Below, piece after piece: positions 28,461 to 38,911 of a stretch of 64,000 bases of DNA. The position numbers and the translations under genes were made by a program. Every line of letters starts with the position of its first letter. Within the stretch, counting starts at the first letter, position 1. Below the pieces are notes generated by a model. The model saw only the letters and a program-made list of their open reading frames with translations. It was not told the origin of the DNA and did not search any database. The DNA is from an uncultured Alphaproteobacteria bacterium (lineage in GTDB: Bacteria > Pseudomonadota > Alphaproteobacteria > Rhizobiales > Xanthobacteraceae): assembly GCA_963741185.1 (NCBI GenBank), contig CAVUHE010000021.1, positions 7,225-71,224 of the forward strand. The letters run 5' to 3'.

Positions 28461-29459
28461 TCAATCCAAATGGAATTTTTCCAATTGCCGGTGCTCGGCC
28501 TTGATGTAGCGAACGGTTCCCGTGACCGAACGCATCACAACAGTCTCGGTCTCGATCACGTCCTTGCGGAACTTGACGCCCGACAGCAGTGATCCCGTGG
28601 TGACGCCGGTGGCCGCAAACAGGCAATCGCCCTTTGCCATGTCCTCGATGCCGTAAATCATGCGCGGATCGGTGACGCCCATCTTGCGGGCGCGGTCGCG
28701 CTTCTCTTCGCTGTCGAGGATGAGCCGGCATTGCATCTGGCCGCCGATGCAGCGCAGCGCAACCGCCGCCAGCACGCCTTCGGGCGCGCCACCGGTGCCG
28801 ATATACATGTCCACGCCCGTATTGTCGGGATCGGCGCAATGGATGACGCCGGCGACGTCGCCGTCGGTGATGAGGCGGACGGCGGCGCCGGTCGAGCGCA
28901 CGCCGTTGATGATATCGGCATGGCGTGGGCGATCGAGGACCAGCACGGTGATCGCGGACGGATCGACGCCTTTGGCCTTGGCGAGCCTTCGGACGTTGTC
29001 GGCCGGCGGCGCATCCAGTTCGACGACGCCCTTGGCATAGCCCGGGCCGATGGCGAGTTTCTGCATGTAGACGTCAGGCGCATGCAAGAGCGTGCCGCCG
29101 TCGGCCATCGCCATCGTGGCAATGGCGCCCGGCATGTTCTTGGCGCACAGCGTGGTGCCCTCGAGCGGATCGACGGCGATATCGACCTTGGGTCCGGCCA
29201 TTTGCCCGACCTTCTCGCCGATAAAGAGCATCGGCGCCTCGTCGCGCTCGCCTTCGCCGATCACGATCGTGCCCTCGATCGGCAGCTTGTTGAGTTCGCG
29301 TCGCATGGCGTCGACCGCTGCCTGGTCCGCGGCCTTCTCGTTGCCGTGGCCGCGCAGCCGCGCCGCCGACACCGCCGCGCGCTCCGTCACCCGCACAATC
29401 TCGAGCGTGAGGACCCGCTCTAGCAACAACTGCGGTGGAACAGAAATATGGGTCGACAT
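28461..29459 (-). CDS. glpX: class II fructose-1,6-bisphosphatase GlpX
   Basis: LEIVRVTERAA..., IGEGERDEAPML, DPLEGT and IGTGGAPEGV. Confidence 0.92.
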   Translation of the reverse strand: MSTHISVPPQLLLERVLTLEIVRVTERAAVSAARLRGHGNEKAADQAAVDAMRRELNKLPIEGTIVIGEGERDEAPMLFIGEKVGQMAGPKVDIAVDPLEGTTLCAKNMPGAIATMAMADGGTLLHAPDVYMQKLAIGPGYAKGVVELDAPPADNVRRLAKAKGVDPSAITVLVLDRPRHADIINGVRSTGAAVRLITDGDVAGVIHCADPDNTGVDMYIGTGGAPEGVLAAVALRCIGGQMQCRLILDSEEKRDRARKMGVTDPRMIYGIEDMAKGDCLFAATGVTTGSLLSGVKFRKDVIETETVVMRSVTGTVRYIKAEHRQLEKFHLD

Positions 29460-29535
29460 CAGCGAACTCCTCTTAGGACCTAACGCGCGGATCTCCGCGC
29501 AAACGCTTAGCGTTTGTCGCAGCGAAGAACCGCTT

Positions 29536-29560
29536 TCCACTTTTTCGGATCATGCTTTAG
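29536..29560. repeat. repeat R2 core (partial copy)
   Basis: The minus strand reads TAAAGCATGATCCGAAAAAG, starting exactly at the hom stop codon. Confidence 0.4.
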
Positions 29561-30876
29561 TTCTTTTCGATCCGTATCACCTGCGGCCGCCCGGTAATTA
29601 CCTTGTCACGCTGCACCGCCTCCAGCGCGCGGTGTACCGCGTCTTCGCTGGTGGCGTAAGTGATCAAGATGACCGGCACCGGCGCAGCTTTCCCCGTCGC
29701 CCGGCCTGCGTCAACGCCGTCACGATGACGCTGCACGATCGATTCAATGGAAATTTTTTGCTCGGCCAGGCGGGTGGCGATGGTTGCGGCAGTTCCTGCC
29801 AGATCGCGCGCCATCAGGCGGATATAATAGCCGCCCTCGTGGCGTTCCATCGGCGCCTTTTTGGTCACGCGCAGGCGCTCGACCGGGCGGCCAAACGGCA
29901 GGGCGCGGATGCCGCGCGCGACGTCGGCAATGTCGGCGACGACGGCCGAGGCTGTCGCCGCTCCGCCGGCGCCCGGACCGACCAGCGTGATCGGCGGGAT
30001 GCCTTCGCCGTCGATGGTCACCGCATTGGTGACCCCCATGACTTGCGCGATCGAGGACGATTTCGGCACCATGGTCGGGTGCACGCGCTGTTCGATACCC
30101 TTGGCGGTGCGCACCGCGACCCCGAGCAGCTTGACGCGGAAGCCGAGTTCCTCAGCCGCGCGCAGATCTTCCGGCGCGATCGACGAGATGCCCTCCACAT
30201 AAACCGCGCTCTGGGCAACCTTGGTGCCAAAGGCGAGGCTGGCGAGAATTGCGAGTTTCTGCGCGGTGTCATGTCCATCGACATCGAATGACGGGTTGGC
30301 CTCGGCATAACCGAGCCGCTGCGCGTCCTTCAGGCATTCGGCGAACGACAGGCCTTCCTGTTCCATCCGCGTCAGGATGTAGTTGCAGGTGCCGTTGAGA
30401 ATGCCATAGACGCGATTGACGCTTGTCCCCGCCAGGCCCTCGCGCAGGGTCTTGATGACGGGAATCGCGGCACCGACTGCGGCTTCGAAGTTCAACGCAC
30501 CGCCATGCTTCTCGGCCGCGTGCGCCAACCGCAGCCCGTGCCTTGCGATCAGCGCCTTGTTGGCGGTGACGACCGACTTGCCGGATTTGAGCGCCGTTTC
30601 GATCGCCGACAAGGCCGGCTCGCCAGCCCCGCCCATCAATTCAACGAAGCAATCGATGCCGGGATCGCCGGCGAGCGCCAGCGGGCTTTTCGCCCAGTCG
30701 ATGCCGCGCAGGTCAACGCCGCGCTTTTTCACCTTCGAACGCGCGGTGACCGCGACAACTCGAATGCCGCGTCCAGTGCGCGCCGACAGGGTCCGGCTCT
30801 GCTGTTCGATGAGACGGACCACTTCGGCGCCAACGGTGCCGAGCCCCGCGATACCCACTTTCAGGGGTGCGACCAT
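29557..30876 (-). CDS. hom: homoserine dehydrogenase
   Basis: MVAPLKVGIAGLGTVG..., a C-terminal ACT domain, 439 aa from ATG 30876. Confidence 0.92.
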   Translation of the reverse strand: MVAPLKVGIAGLGTVGAEVVRLIEQQSRTLSARTGRGIRVVAVTARSKVKKRGVDLRGIDWAKSPLALAGDPGIDCFVELMGGAGEPALSAIETALKSGKSVVTANKALIARHGLRLAHAAEKHGGALNFEAAVGAAIPVIKTLREGLAGTSVNRVYGILNGTCNYILTRMEQEGLSFAECLKDAQRLGYAEANPSFDVDGHDTAQKLAILASLAFGTKVAQSAVYVEGISSIAPEDLRAAEELGFRVKLLGVAVRTAKGIEQRVHPTMVPKSSSIAQVMGVTNAVTIDGEGIPPITLVGPGAGGAATASAVVADIADVARGIRALPFGRPVERLRVTKKAPMERHEGGYYIRLMARDLAGTAATIATRLAEQKISIESIVQRHRDGVDAGRATGKAAPVPVILITYATSEDAVHRALEAVQRDKVITGRPQVIRIEKN

Positions 30877-30915
30877 GACGGGAAATACCTGCCGGAGAGA
30901 TGACGATCTAGGCCT

Positions 30916-30980
30916 GATCTGATCCGAAAACCCCATCCCCGGGTCAAGACCCGGGACGCGCTTTTCGGGATCATGCTTAG
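30916..30980. repeat. repeat R2 (full palindromic copy)
   Basis: GATCCGAAAA...CCCCGGGTCAAGACCCGGG...TTTTCGGGATC, ending in CATGCTTAG, which contains the aminotransferase stop codon. Confidence 0.5.
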
Positions 30981-32197
30981 CGCCGGTTGGCGAGAGGAAC
31001 CACGTTGTGCAATGTTTCGATGCCGCTTTCAAGGAAGCGGCGCACCCCGCGGGCGGCCTGGCGAATGCGCTGCTCGTTTTCCACCATCGCAATTCGGACA
31101 AAGCCCTCGCCATGCTCGCCAAAGGCGACCCCGGGCGAAACCACGACACCTGACTTTTCCACCATAAGGGTCGCAAACTGCATGCTGCCGACGCCACGGA
31201 AGGCCTCAGGGAGCGGCGCCCAGGCGAACATCGAGGCTTCGGGCGGCGGAATGTCCCAGCCGGCCCGGCCGAATGACTCCACCAGCGCATCCCTTCGCTT
31301 GCGATAGGTCTCCCGCATCTCGCGGATGCAATCGTCCGGACCATTGAGCGCCGCGGTCGCCGCAACCTGGATCGGCGTGAACGCGCCGTAGTCGAGGTAG
31401 GATTTCACCCGCGCCAGCGCCGCGATGATCCGCTCATTGCCGACGGCAAATCCCATCCGCCAGCCGGCCATCGAAAAGGTTTTCGACATCGAGGTGAATT
31501 CTACCGTCACGTCGATCGCGCCGGGTACCTGCAGCACGGAAGGCGGCGGATTCTTGTCGTTGAAGTAGACTTCCGCGTAGGCCAGATCCGACAGGATGAA
31601 AATCTCGTGCTTCTTCGCGAAGGCGACGAGATCCTTGTAGAAATCTAAGCTTGCGACGTAAGCAGTCGGATTTGACGGATAACACACGACGAGCGCGAGC
31701 GGCTTGGGAATCGAATGCACGATCGCCCGTTCGACCGCCTCGAAGAATTGCGGCGTCGGCTCCGATGGAACCGAGCGGATCACGCCGCCTGCCATCAAGA
31801 ATCCAAAAGCATGAATCGGATAACTCGGATTTGGACACAGCACTACGTCACCTGGTGCGGTGATCGCCTGGGCGACGTTGGCAAACCCCTCTTTCGAACC
31901 CAGCGTCGCGACGATCTGCGTCTCCGGATTGAGTTTCACGCCAAAGCGCCGGTCGTAATAGGCGGCCTGTGCCTTGCGCAGGCCGCCAATCCCGCGCGAG
32001 GCCGAGTAACGATCGGTTCGTGGCTTTCCGAGCGTCTCCTTGAGCTTCTCCAGCACGTGGGGCGGGGTCGAAAGGTCCGGATTGCCCATGCCGAGATCGA
32101 TGATGTCGGCCCCGGCATTCCGCGCGGCCGCCTTGGCCCGGTTGACCTGCTCGAACACGTAAGGCGGTAGACGGCGGACGCGGTAAAAATCTTCCAT
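30977..32197 (-). CDS. class I/II pyridoxal-phosphate aminotransferase (AlaC / LL-DAP-aminotransferase-like)
   Basis: MEDFYRVRRLPPYVF..., NPSYP and SMSKTFSMAGWRMG (the PLP lysine). Confidence 0.88.
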   Translation of the reverse strand: MEDFYRVRRLPPYVFEQVNRAKAAARNAGADIIDLGMGNPDLSTPPHVLEKLKETLGKPRTDRYSASRGIGGLRKAQAAYYDRRFGVKLNPETQIVATLGSKEGFANVAQAITAPGDVVLCPNPSYPIHAFGFLMAGGVIRSVPSEPTPQFFEAVERAIVHSIPKPLALVVCYPSNPTAYVASLDFYKDLVAFAKKHEIFILSDLAYAEVYFNDKNPPPSVLQVPGAIDVTVEFTSMSKTFSMAGWRMGFAVGNERIIAALARVKSYLDYGAFTPIQVAATAALNGPDDCIREMRETYRKRRDALVESFGRAGWDIPPPEASMFAWAPLPEAFRGVGSMQFATLMVEKSGVVVSPGVAFGEHGEGFVRIAMVENEQRIRQAARGVRRFLESGIETLHNVVPLANRR

Positions 32198-32495
32198 GGG
32201 ACCTTGCTCCGGCAACCGGCAGGGACAGAATCGCCGACATAGTTTGCAACGAAACCAGGTTCGCCTCGTCCGGAAATCACGCAAAATCAAATATTTAGCG
32301 CGAAATTCAGGCGCAAATTATGCAGTTCATCCTGATTTGCGGTTGAATTGGCGTTCTTTTACCACGGACGCCCGGTGGCGCCAGAGCCCAATCCGTTCCG
32401 CTTCATCAGAACCGTGGCTTTGGGGCTCGTTGCCTTGACTATTTTCTTGGTGCGAACCGGCATCGGCTTCGCTCGGAAACGCTGTGGCAGTCAGC

Positions 32496-32789
32496 TCACT
32501 TCGCAGCCGCGTCTTTGGTGGCTGCCGCTGAGGCCTGACGCTCCCGCGCAGCAACGAGTTCACTCTGGACCTTGGCCCGCTCGGCCGGATCCATCGCGGC
32601 TTCTTCGCGCGCGGGCGGCAGTTCATTCACCGGAAGATAGGCACCGCTTTCTTTTGCACGTGCCGGTGCGTCGGCTGGAGTTCCACCCAGCGGCAGGTCC
32701 GCAATTGGGATCGAGCAGCCACCCAAGGCCAGCGCTGACAACAGCAGCGCTCCCAAGGCCAGTCCCCTCGTCTTTCGACTCCTCGACAT
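32496..32789 (-). CDS. putative lipoprotein
   Basis: MSRSRKTRGLALGALLLSALALGGCS lipobox. Confidence 0.6.
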   Translation of the reverse strand: MSRSRKTRGLALGALLLSALALGGCSIPIADLPLGGTPADAPARAKESGAYLPVNELPPAREEAAMDPAERAKVQSELVAARERQASAAATKDAAAK

Positions 32790-33041
32790 ACGTTCGCAGT
32801 CCTTAGACCGGCCTGAATACGGCAACCGATAATGCTTATCTAATCGGCAATTGAGGCAACTCAAATCATTGTCGCCCGAATTCATTAAAACCCAAACAAA
32901 AAACCTACCGGTGCGGCCTCAATATGACTTGGCGACGGTAAATGTCGCACTGCAGCACACAACTTTTCGGGATCGAAATTCCAACCCGCCAGCGTCGATC
33001 TGCGCGGTGACGAAGTTGAAATGAACCTATAGTGTCAGGCC

Positions 33042-34844
33042 ATGACTGACGTCACGACTGAAACCCACACGGCAAAATTTGATCCCGAGGCGTTCGCGAT
33101 GAACCTCGCGCGGGCGATGGAGAACAGCGGCCAGGCGCTCGCAGCCTACCTCAAGCCGCGCGAGAACGGCGAAGCAAAGGACAAGCCGCCGAACGAACTC
33201 ACCGAGCTCGTCAAGACCTTCAGCGCGGTCGCGGAATACTGGCTCTCGGACAACGATCGGGCGACCGACATTCAGGCGAAGATCGCCAAGGCCTATCTTG
33301 ATCTATGGGGTTCCTCGGTGCGCCGCCTTGCCGGCGAGGACGCACCGCCGGCGATCGCGCCGTCCCCGCGCGACAAGCGATTTGCCGATCCCGAATGGAA
33401 ATCGAATCAGTTCTTCGACTTTGTGCTGCAATTCTATTTGCTGACGACGCAGTGGGCGCACGACCTGGTGCGCAACGCCGAGGGACTAGATCCGCACACC
33501 CGCAAGAAGGCCGAGTTTTACGTCCAGCAGGTCACCAATGCGTTGGCACCCTCCAACTTCGTGCTCACCAATCCGGAGGTGCTGCGCGAGACCTTGACGT
33601 CGAGCGGAGACAATCTGGTGCGCGGCATGAAAATGCTGGCGGAAGACATCGAGGCCGGACGCGGCACGTTGCGCATCCGTCAATCCGACCCCTCCAACCT
33701 CGAAGTCGGCGTCAACATGGCGACGACGCAGGGAAAGGTGATCTTCCAGAACGAACTGATGCAGCTGATCCAGTATACGCCCGCGACGGAAAACGTGCTG
33801 CGCACGCCGCTTCTGATCGTGCCGCCGTGGATCAACAAGTTCTACATCCTCGACCTCAAACCAGAAAAATCCTTCATCAAGTGGTGCGTCGATCAAGGCG
33901 TCACGGTATTCGTGATTTCGTGGGTCAATCCGGACAAGAGTCTTGGTGCGAAGACCTGGGAAGATTACATGAAGCAGGGTCCGCTGGCGGCAATGGACGC
34001 GATCGAGCGCGTCACCGGCGAGATGAAAGTCCATACCATGGGCTATTGCGTCGGCGGCACCATGCTCGCCACGACCTTGGCGTGGCTCGCGGAAAAGCGC
34101 CGCGTGCGCGTGACGTCGGCGACGTTTCTGGCCGCCCAGGTCGATTTCACCCACGCCGGCGATCTTCTGGTGTTCGTCGACGAAGAGCAGATCTCGGCGA
34201 TCGAGCGCGACATGCAGGCCTCAGGCGTGCTCGAAGGCGCCAAGATGGCGATGGCGTTCAACATGTTGCGATCGAACGACCTGATCTGGTCCTATGTCGT
34301 GAGCAATTATCTGAAGGGAAAATCGCCCTCCTCATTCGACCTGTTGCACTGGAATTCGGATGCGACGCGGATGCCGGCGGCAAACCATTCCTACTACCTA
34401 CGCAACTGCTATCTGGAGAACCGGTTGTCGTCGGGGACAATGGTGCTCGACAACACGCTGCTTGATCTCTCGAAGGTCAAAGTGCCGATCTATAACCTGG
34501 CCACGCGCGAGGATCATATCGCGCCGGCGGATTCGGTGCTCTACGGCTCGCAGTTCTTCGGCGGCCCGGTGAAATATGTGCTGTCGGGGTCGGGACATAT
34601 CGCGGGCGTGGTCAACCCGCCATCGTCGGGCAAATATCAGTACTGGACCAACGACAATATCAAAGACATCACGCTTGCCGATTGGCTGAAGGGCGCTCAG
34701 GAACACAAGGGCTCGTGGTGGCCCGACTGGCGCGAATGGCTTCAGACCATCGATTCGGAGGAAGTACCCGCCCGCGCGGTCGGCGCGGCCGCGTTACCCC
34801 CGATCGAGGACGCGCCCGGCAGCTACGTTCGCGTTCGCGCATAG
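33042..34844 (+). CDS. phaC: class I poly(3-hydroxyalkanoate) synthase
   Basis: 600 aa with the lipase-box variant GYCVGG and a conserved PhaC N-terminal domain. Confidence 0.92.
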   Translation: MTDVTTETHTAKFDPEAFAMNLARAMENSGQALAAYLKPRENGEAKDKPPNELTELVKTFSAVAEYWLSDNDRATDIQAKIAKAYLDLWGSSVRRLAGEDAPPAIAPSPRDKRFADPEWKSNQFFDFVLQFYLLTTQWAHDLVRNAEGLDPHTRKKAEFYVQQVTNALAPSNFVLTNPEVLRETLTSSGDNLVRGMKMLAEDIEAGRGTLRIRQSDPSNLEVGVNMATTQGKVIFQNELMQLIQYTPATENVLRTPLLIVPPWINKFYILDLKPEKSFIKWCVDQGVTVFVISWVNPDKSLGAKTWEDYMKQGPLAAMDAIERVTGEMKVHTMGYCVGGTMLATTLAWLAEKRRVRVTSATFLAAQVDFTHAGDLLVFVDEEQISAIERDMQASGVLEGAKMAMAFNMLRSNDLIWSYVVSNYLKGKSPSSFDLLHWNSDATRMPAANHSYYLRNCYLENRLSSGTMVLDNTLLDLSKVKVPIYNLATREDHIAPADSVLYGSQFFGGPVKYVLSGSGHIAGVVNPPSSGKYQYWTNDNIKDITLADWLKGAQEHKGSWWPDWREWLQTIDSEEVPARAVGAAALPPIEDAPGSYVRVRA

Positions 34845-34916
34845 CGCGACGATGCGTACTCTTGTATAAGCGATCGTCCCGAGAGGATGGATTTGCAAAT
34901 ACAGGAGGGGGAAACG

Positions 34917-35330
34917 ATGACGCCCGGATTGATGACACCCGAGTTGTTCTGGCTGAGCCTGACGGTCATTTTGACGGGATTGTTGTGGGTCCCCTACATC
35001 CTCAATCGCGTCGCGGTGAGAGGCCTGATCGGCTCGATGGCGAACCCCTCGCGTAACGACAAGCCGCATGCGGAATGGGCCACGCGCCTGATGTTCGCGC
35101 ACGACAATGCGGTCGAAAACCTCGTGATCTTTGCACCTTTGGTGCTGATCCTGGCGCAGCTCGATTATTCGACGAAATGGACCGTCTACGCCTGCGCGGT
35201 CTACTTCTGGGCCCGCGTCGCGCATCTCGTCGTCTACACGCTGGGCCTGCCGGTGTTCCGCACGCTGGCGTTCACGGTCGGTTTCTGCGCGCAGGCGGTG
35301 CTAGCGCTGGCGATTTTCAAGATAGTTTGA
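34917..35330 (+). CDS. MAPEG family membrane protein
   Basis: GGAGGGGG SD before ATG 34917. Contains RAH.N..EN and the TM pattern. Confidence 0.75.
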   Translation: MTPGLMTPELFWLSLTVILTGLLWVPYILNRVAVRGLIGSMANPSRNDKPHAEWATRLMFAHDNAVENLVIFAPLVLILAQLDYSTKWTVYACAVYFWARVAHLVVYTLGLPVFRTLAFTVGFCAQAVLALAIFKIV

Positions 35331-35544
35331 CGCCGTGTCCCGGACATGGTGCGGCGCCATAGGCGCGTTCACGCGCGTCTTTGACCCGCTCCCTGCAATC
35401 TGCCCATGAGCGAAGCGTCCGTCACTGCCGTCTCATGCCCGAATTATTCCCGGAACAGGTCTTGTCTAGGATTAGGGTGTGAGCCGGCGATGGATCGATC
35501 GCTCTATATCGCATCCCCTCTCGAGGCCTGATCAGGAATAGGAA

Positions 35545-36242
35545 ATGACAACATTCGTGCTGGTGCACGGAGGTGTCTCGGTGCATGGTGTTGGAGCCGC
35601 GTGGCAAAGCTACTCACAGCGAAACAACACAATGTCGTGGCCCCGACGCTGACCGGGCTTGGTGAACGATCGCACCTGCTAAATGCCGACATCGATCTGG
35701 ATACACACATACTCGACGTCGCGAATGTAATGAAATGGCAGGAACTGCGCGATGTCGTGCTGGTCGGACATTCCTACGGCGGAATGGTGGTTTCTGGCGT
35801 GGCCGAAAGCATGGAAAAATCAATCGCGTCAATTGTGTTGCTAGACGCTTTTCTTCCATCTGATCGGCAACGCGCTATCGACCTGATGCCACCACCCATT
35901 GGGCAAGCAATTCTCAAGAGAATGCGCAGTGGCGCGACTGCAACGCAACCCCCTCCGGCTACGATGGCCAAAGTCAACGAAATCGACCTTGCATGGGTTG
36001 ACGCTAGGTGTACGCCGCATCCGATCAAGTGCTTTCTACAACCGATAACTCTTACCGGCGCCCGCGAGCGGATCGCCAGGAAAACTTACGTCCGAGCTGT
36101 TGGCTATCCAAGTATTGAATTCGACGCCGGCATGTCGGCAGCCCGCAGTAAAGGGTGGCATACCGTCAAGATCTCCGCCGGACATCTTGCGATGGTCGAC
36201 GCGCCGGCTCGGCTCACCGAATTGCTTCTGCAAGCGGCTTAG
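35545..36242 (+). pseudogene. alpha/beta hydrolase (esterase-like) disrupted by a 1-nt frameshift near 35572-35575
   Basis: The ATG 35545 frame gives MTTFVLVHGG and then nonsense with a stop. The other frame gives CLGAWCWSRVAKLLTAKQHNVVAPTLTGLGERS...VGHSYGG. No start codon exists in the second frame upstream of GTG 35601. Confidence 0.7.
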
Positions 36243-36253
36243 CGCGCACGACT

Positions 36254-36844
36254 TCACAGGCTCTTCCGCGCCAAGACGAACAGCATCTGCGCCATCTTGT
36301 CGTCAAATCCTCTGACCTCGCCCGTCTCCATCGACAGTGAACCCCAACTGCCTGCTTCGCCATAGGTGGCGCGCAGCCAATCCGGTGCTGGATAATTGTA
36401 GTACCGATTGAGCGAATCTCGCCCTTCGGCCGCACCCGTTTTGAAGCTGGCGTAGAAATAGCCGCCAGGCTTAAGCGCGCGCCAGATCAGCGCGAGAGCC
36501 TGCGCAAGCTGTGACCTCGGAACATGCAGAAGGCAGGCGTTCGCCCAAACGCCGTCATATGCCTCGACCTCGTTGAGGTCGTGGAACAGCAACGTCTCGA
36601 CCGGCCGACCGAGACGTCGCGACGCAACGCTCGTCATTTCCGGCGAACCGTCCGTCGGGCAAACATCAAATCCTCTGGCCAACATTTCCGCCGAATCCGC
36701 ACCGGCGCCGCATCCGAGTTCAAGGACGGTTGCCCCGGGAGCAAGCAGGGCGAGAAAGCGGACCAGGCGCGTGTGCTTCGTCGTCTCTCGCTCGGCGTAG
36801 GCCTGCGCGTTGCCGCGGTAGAATTGAAGGGTTTGCTTGTCCAC
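36254..36844 (-). CDS. class I SAM-dependent methyltransferase
   Basis: VLELGCGAG motif. GTG 36844 avoids overlap with the argC 3' end. Confidence 0.8.
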   Translation of the reverse strand: MDKQTLQFYRGNAQAYAERETTKHTRLVRFLALLAPGATVLELGCGAGADSAEMLARGFDVCPTDGSPEMTSVASRRLGRPVETLLFHDLNEVEAYDGVWANACLLHVPRSQLAQALALIWRALKPGGYFYASFKTGAAEGRDSLNRYYNYPAPDWLRATYGEAGSWGSLSMETGEVRGFDDKMAQMLFVLARKSL

Positions 36845-36857
36845 GGCGTTCCTGTAA

Positions 36858-37907
36858 TCAGGGGAACAAGGCGATCTGCTCGAGTCCCGCGGTTTCCGGG
36901 AAACCAAGCATCAGATTCATATTCTGCATCGCCTGCCCCGCCGAGCCTTTCACCAGGTTGTCGAGCACCGAGATTACGATCGCGCGGTTCTTGATGCGGT
37001 CTGCGAATACACCGATCTGGACGTAATTCGAGCCGCGAACGTTCTGGGTTTGCGGGACCACGCCCTTTCTTGCGACGTGCACGAACGGCTCGTCGCGATA
37101 GGCCTTTTCCAGCGCCGCGCGCAGATCATCCGGTGTCGCTCCGGTGAGTTTGACGTAGGACGTACAGAGCTCGCCACGGCTCATCGGAATGAGGTGTGGC
37201 GTGAAGTTGACCGTCACCGACGCGCCGGCGGCGACACCGATCTCCTGTTCGATCTCAGGGGCATGTCGATGCGTGCCCACCGAGTAGGGAGAAAGCCCCT
37301 CACCCGCTTCGCTGAACAGCGTGTTCTGCTTGAGCCCGCGGCCGGAGCCGGTCACGCCGGATTTAGCGTCGATGACGATGTCATTCGCGTCGATCAGTTT
37401 CTCCCTAGCGAGGGGGACCAGCGCCAGCAACGCCGCGGTCGGATAACAACCCGGACATGCTACCAGCCGGGCGGCCGCTATCTTTTCCCGGTAGAACTCG
37501 GTGAGGCCATAGACCGCTTCGCTCTGCAGTCCCGGCGCGCGGTGCTCATGGCCATACCATTGCGCATAGACGCTCATGTCGCGGAGCCGGAAATCAGCCG
37601 ACATGTCGAGGATTTTGATGGCCGGATTGGCGGCAATGACCGCGGCGGTGATTTCCTGTGTCGTGCCGTGCGGCAGACCGCAAAAGGCCGCGTCGAGCTG
37701 GGTCCAGTCGACCTTTTCCCATTCCACAAGCCGCGGCAGGTCCAGCATGAAGAAATGCGGAAAGACCTCGTCCATCATTTTGCCGGCGTGGGTATTGGCG
37801 GTGAGCGCCATTATCTCAACACCGGGATGCCTGGCCAGCAGCCGCGCCGCGTCGGCCCCGGTGTAACCGGACGCGCCGATAATGCCGATCTTCTTCCTTG
37901 TGCTCAT
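36858..37907 (-). CDS. argC: N-acetyl-gamma-glutamyl-phosphate reductase
   Basis: IGIIGASGYTG and the CPGCYPTA active-site Cys. 349 aa. Confidence 0.93.
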   Translation of the reverse strand: MSTRKKIGIIGASGYTGADAARLLARHPGVEIMALTANTHAGKMMDEVFPHFFMLDLPRLVEWEKVDWTQLDAAFCGLPHGTTQEITAAVIAANPAIKILDMSADFRLRDMSVYAQWYGHEHRAPGLQSEAVYGLTEFYREKIAAARLVACPGCYPTAALLALVPLAREKLIDANDIVIDAKSGVTGSGRGLKQNTLFSEAGEGLSPYSVGTHRHAPEIEQEIGVAAGASVTVNFTPHLIPMSRGELCTSYVKLTGATPDDLRAALEKAYRDEPFVHVARKGVVPQTQNVRGSNYVQIGVFADRIKNRAIVISVLDNLVKGSAGQAMQNMNLMLGFPETAGLEQIALFP

Positions 37908-38656
37908 GGTACCGTTCCCCTTGGCATCGACGAATCTAAGTTCTCTTTTGACGCGCTTTCTGCCCGCGAACCGGTGCCCACTTCGCCCGAAAACGCCTTA
38001 ACATTCAATTGTGTCGTCCGGACATCGAACAATTGCGGACGTAACGCGCGCATGCTGCGGGCGAGTTCCTGCGCACCAGGGTCAGCCCGCGAAGCCAGCG
38101 CATCCGCGATCGCGACATGATCGACGTCGGATTTGTGCTGGTTCAGCTTGAAACTGCCTTCGACCTCATCGACCGTCATCACCAGACCGACGATGGCCTT
38201 TTTCAGCGTCTCGAGGCGCGCTGCCGTCATCTTAGACGAAGTCCAGGGCGGTTTCGGCGCCAGCCAGTTTTCGAACTTCCCGCTGAGCGCGTCGAGATGC
38301 GGACCAAGCTCGCTGTCGGAGATCTTTCGTACCGGCCCGGTCAGATGCACGGATTGATAAAGCCAAGTCGGCACCTGGTCAGGCGAGACATACCAATCGG
38401 CGGAAACATAGGCGTCGGCTCCGTTCACGGCCAGCAGCCAGGAGAAATTCCCATCCGCCAGACCCACCAAGGGATTGCCGCGCGCGACGTGAAAGGCAGC
38501 AAGCGGCGTGCCGTCGGCGGCCGCGGTGAGAATGAACGGAACTGAAGAGGCGATCGGCTTGTGGCCGTCCCATGCGCAGACCGTGCCGAATCCGCGCGCT
38601 TGCGCAAAGCCAAGGCTTGCGCTGCGATCGGGTTTGAACATGGGAGGCGTATACAT
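37904..38656 (-). CDS. FMN-binding negative transcriptional regulator (PaiB family), C-terminally extended
   Basis: MYTPPMFKPDR...SFKLNQHKS. The last ~40 codons read through repeat R3 and the stop overlaps the argC start (ATGA). Confidence 0.8.
   Translation of the reverse strand: MYTPPMFKPDRSASLGFAQARGFGTVCAWDGHKPIASSVPFILTAAADGTPLAAFHVARGNPLVGLADGNFSWLLAVNGADAYVSADWYVSPDQVPTWLYQSVHLTGPVRKISDSELGPHLDALSGKFENWLAPKPPWTSSKMTAARLETLKKAIVGLVMTVDEVEGSFKLNQHKSDVDHVAIADALASRADPGAQELARSMRALRPQLFDVRTTQLNVKAFSGEVGTGSRAESASKENLDSSMPRGTVP
37930..37995 (-). repeat. repeat R3, copy A (inside the paiB 3' end)
   Basis: The minus strand reads TTTTCGGGCGAAGTGGGCACCGGTTCGCGGGCAGAAAGCGCGTCAAAAGAGAACTTAGAT, homologous to 43226..43328. 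Confidence 0.5.
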
Positions 38657-38749
38657 GTTGAACTCCTGCTTGCTCTGGGAGCCGCCGGATCAGATCGCGC
38701 TGCTATGGGAGAGTGGTGCCGCGGACCGTATCCAGCGGCAAAGGCGATA

Positions 38750-38793
38750 TCTTAAATAAAGACGTCCGCCCGTACCGCAAAGGTGCGGCGGCG
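38750..38793 (-). terminator. possible terminator after the DedA gene
   Basis: Imperfect GC hairpin (CCGCA/TGCGG core) with a minus-strand tail TCTTTATTTAAG. Confidence 0.35.
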
Positions 38794-38911
38794 GCGAGCG
38801 ATGACAGCAATGGTCACGGCGTTGGTCATGGGCGCGCGATATAAGGCCTCACCCGGCCAACGTCAAGACGCCTCACTGGGCCGCCCATGGCCCTCGCCTC
38901 GTTTTGGATCG

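Noticed and set aside
33305-34465. 386-aa alternative-frame ORF inside phaC
   Set aside because: It is on the same strand but out of frame with a complete 600-aa PhaC. Its Arg/Gly/His-rich composition points to an artefact of high GC.
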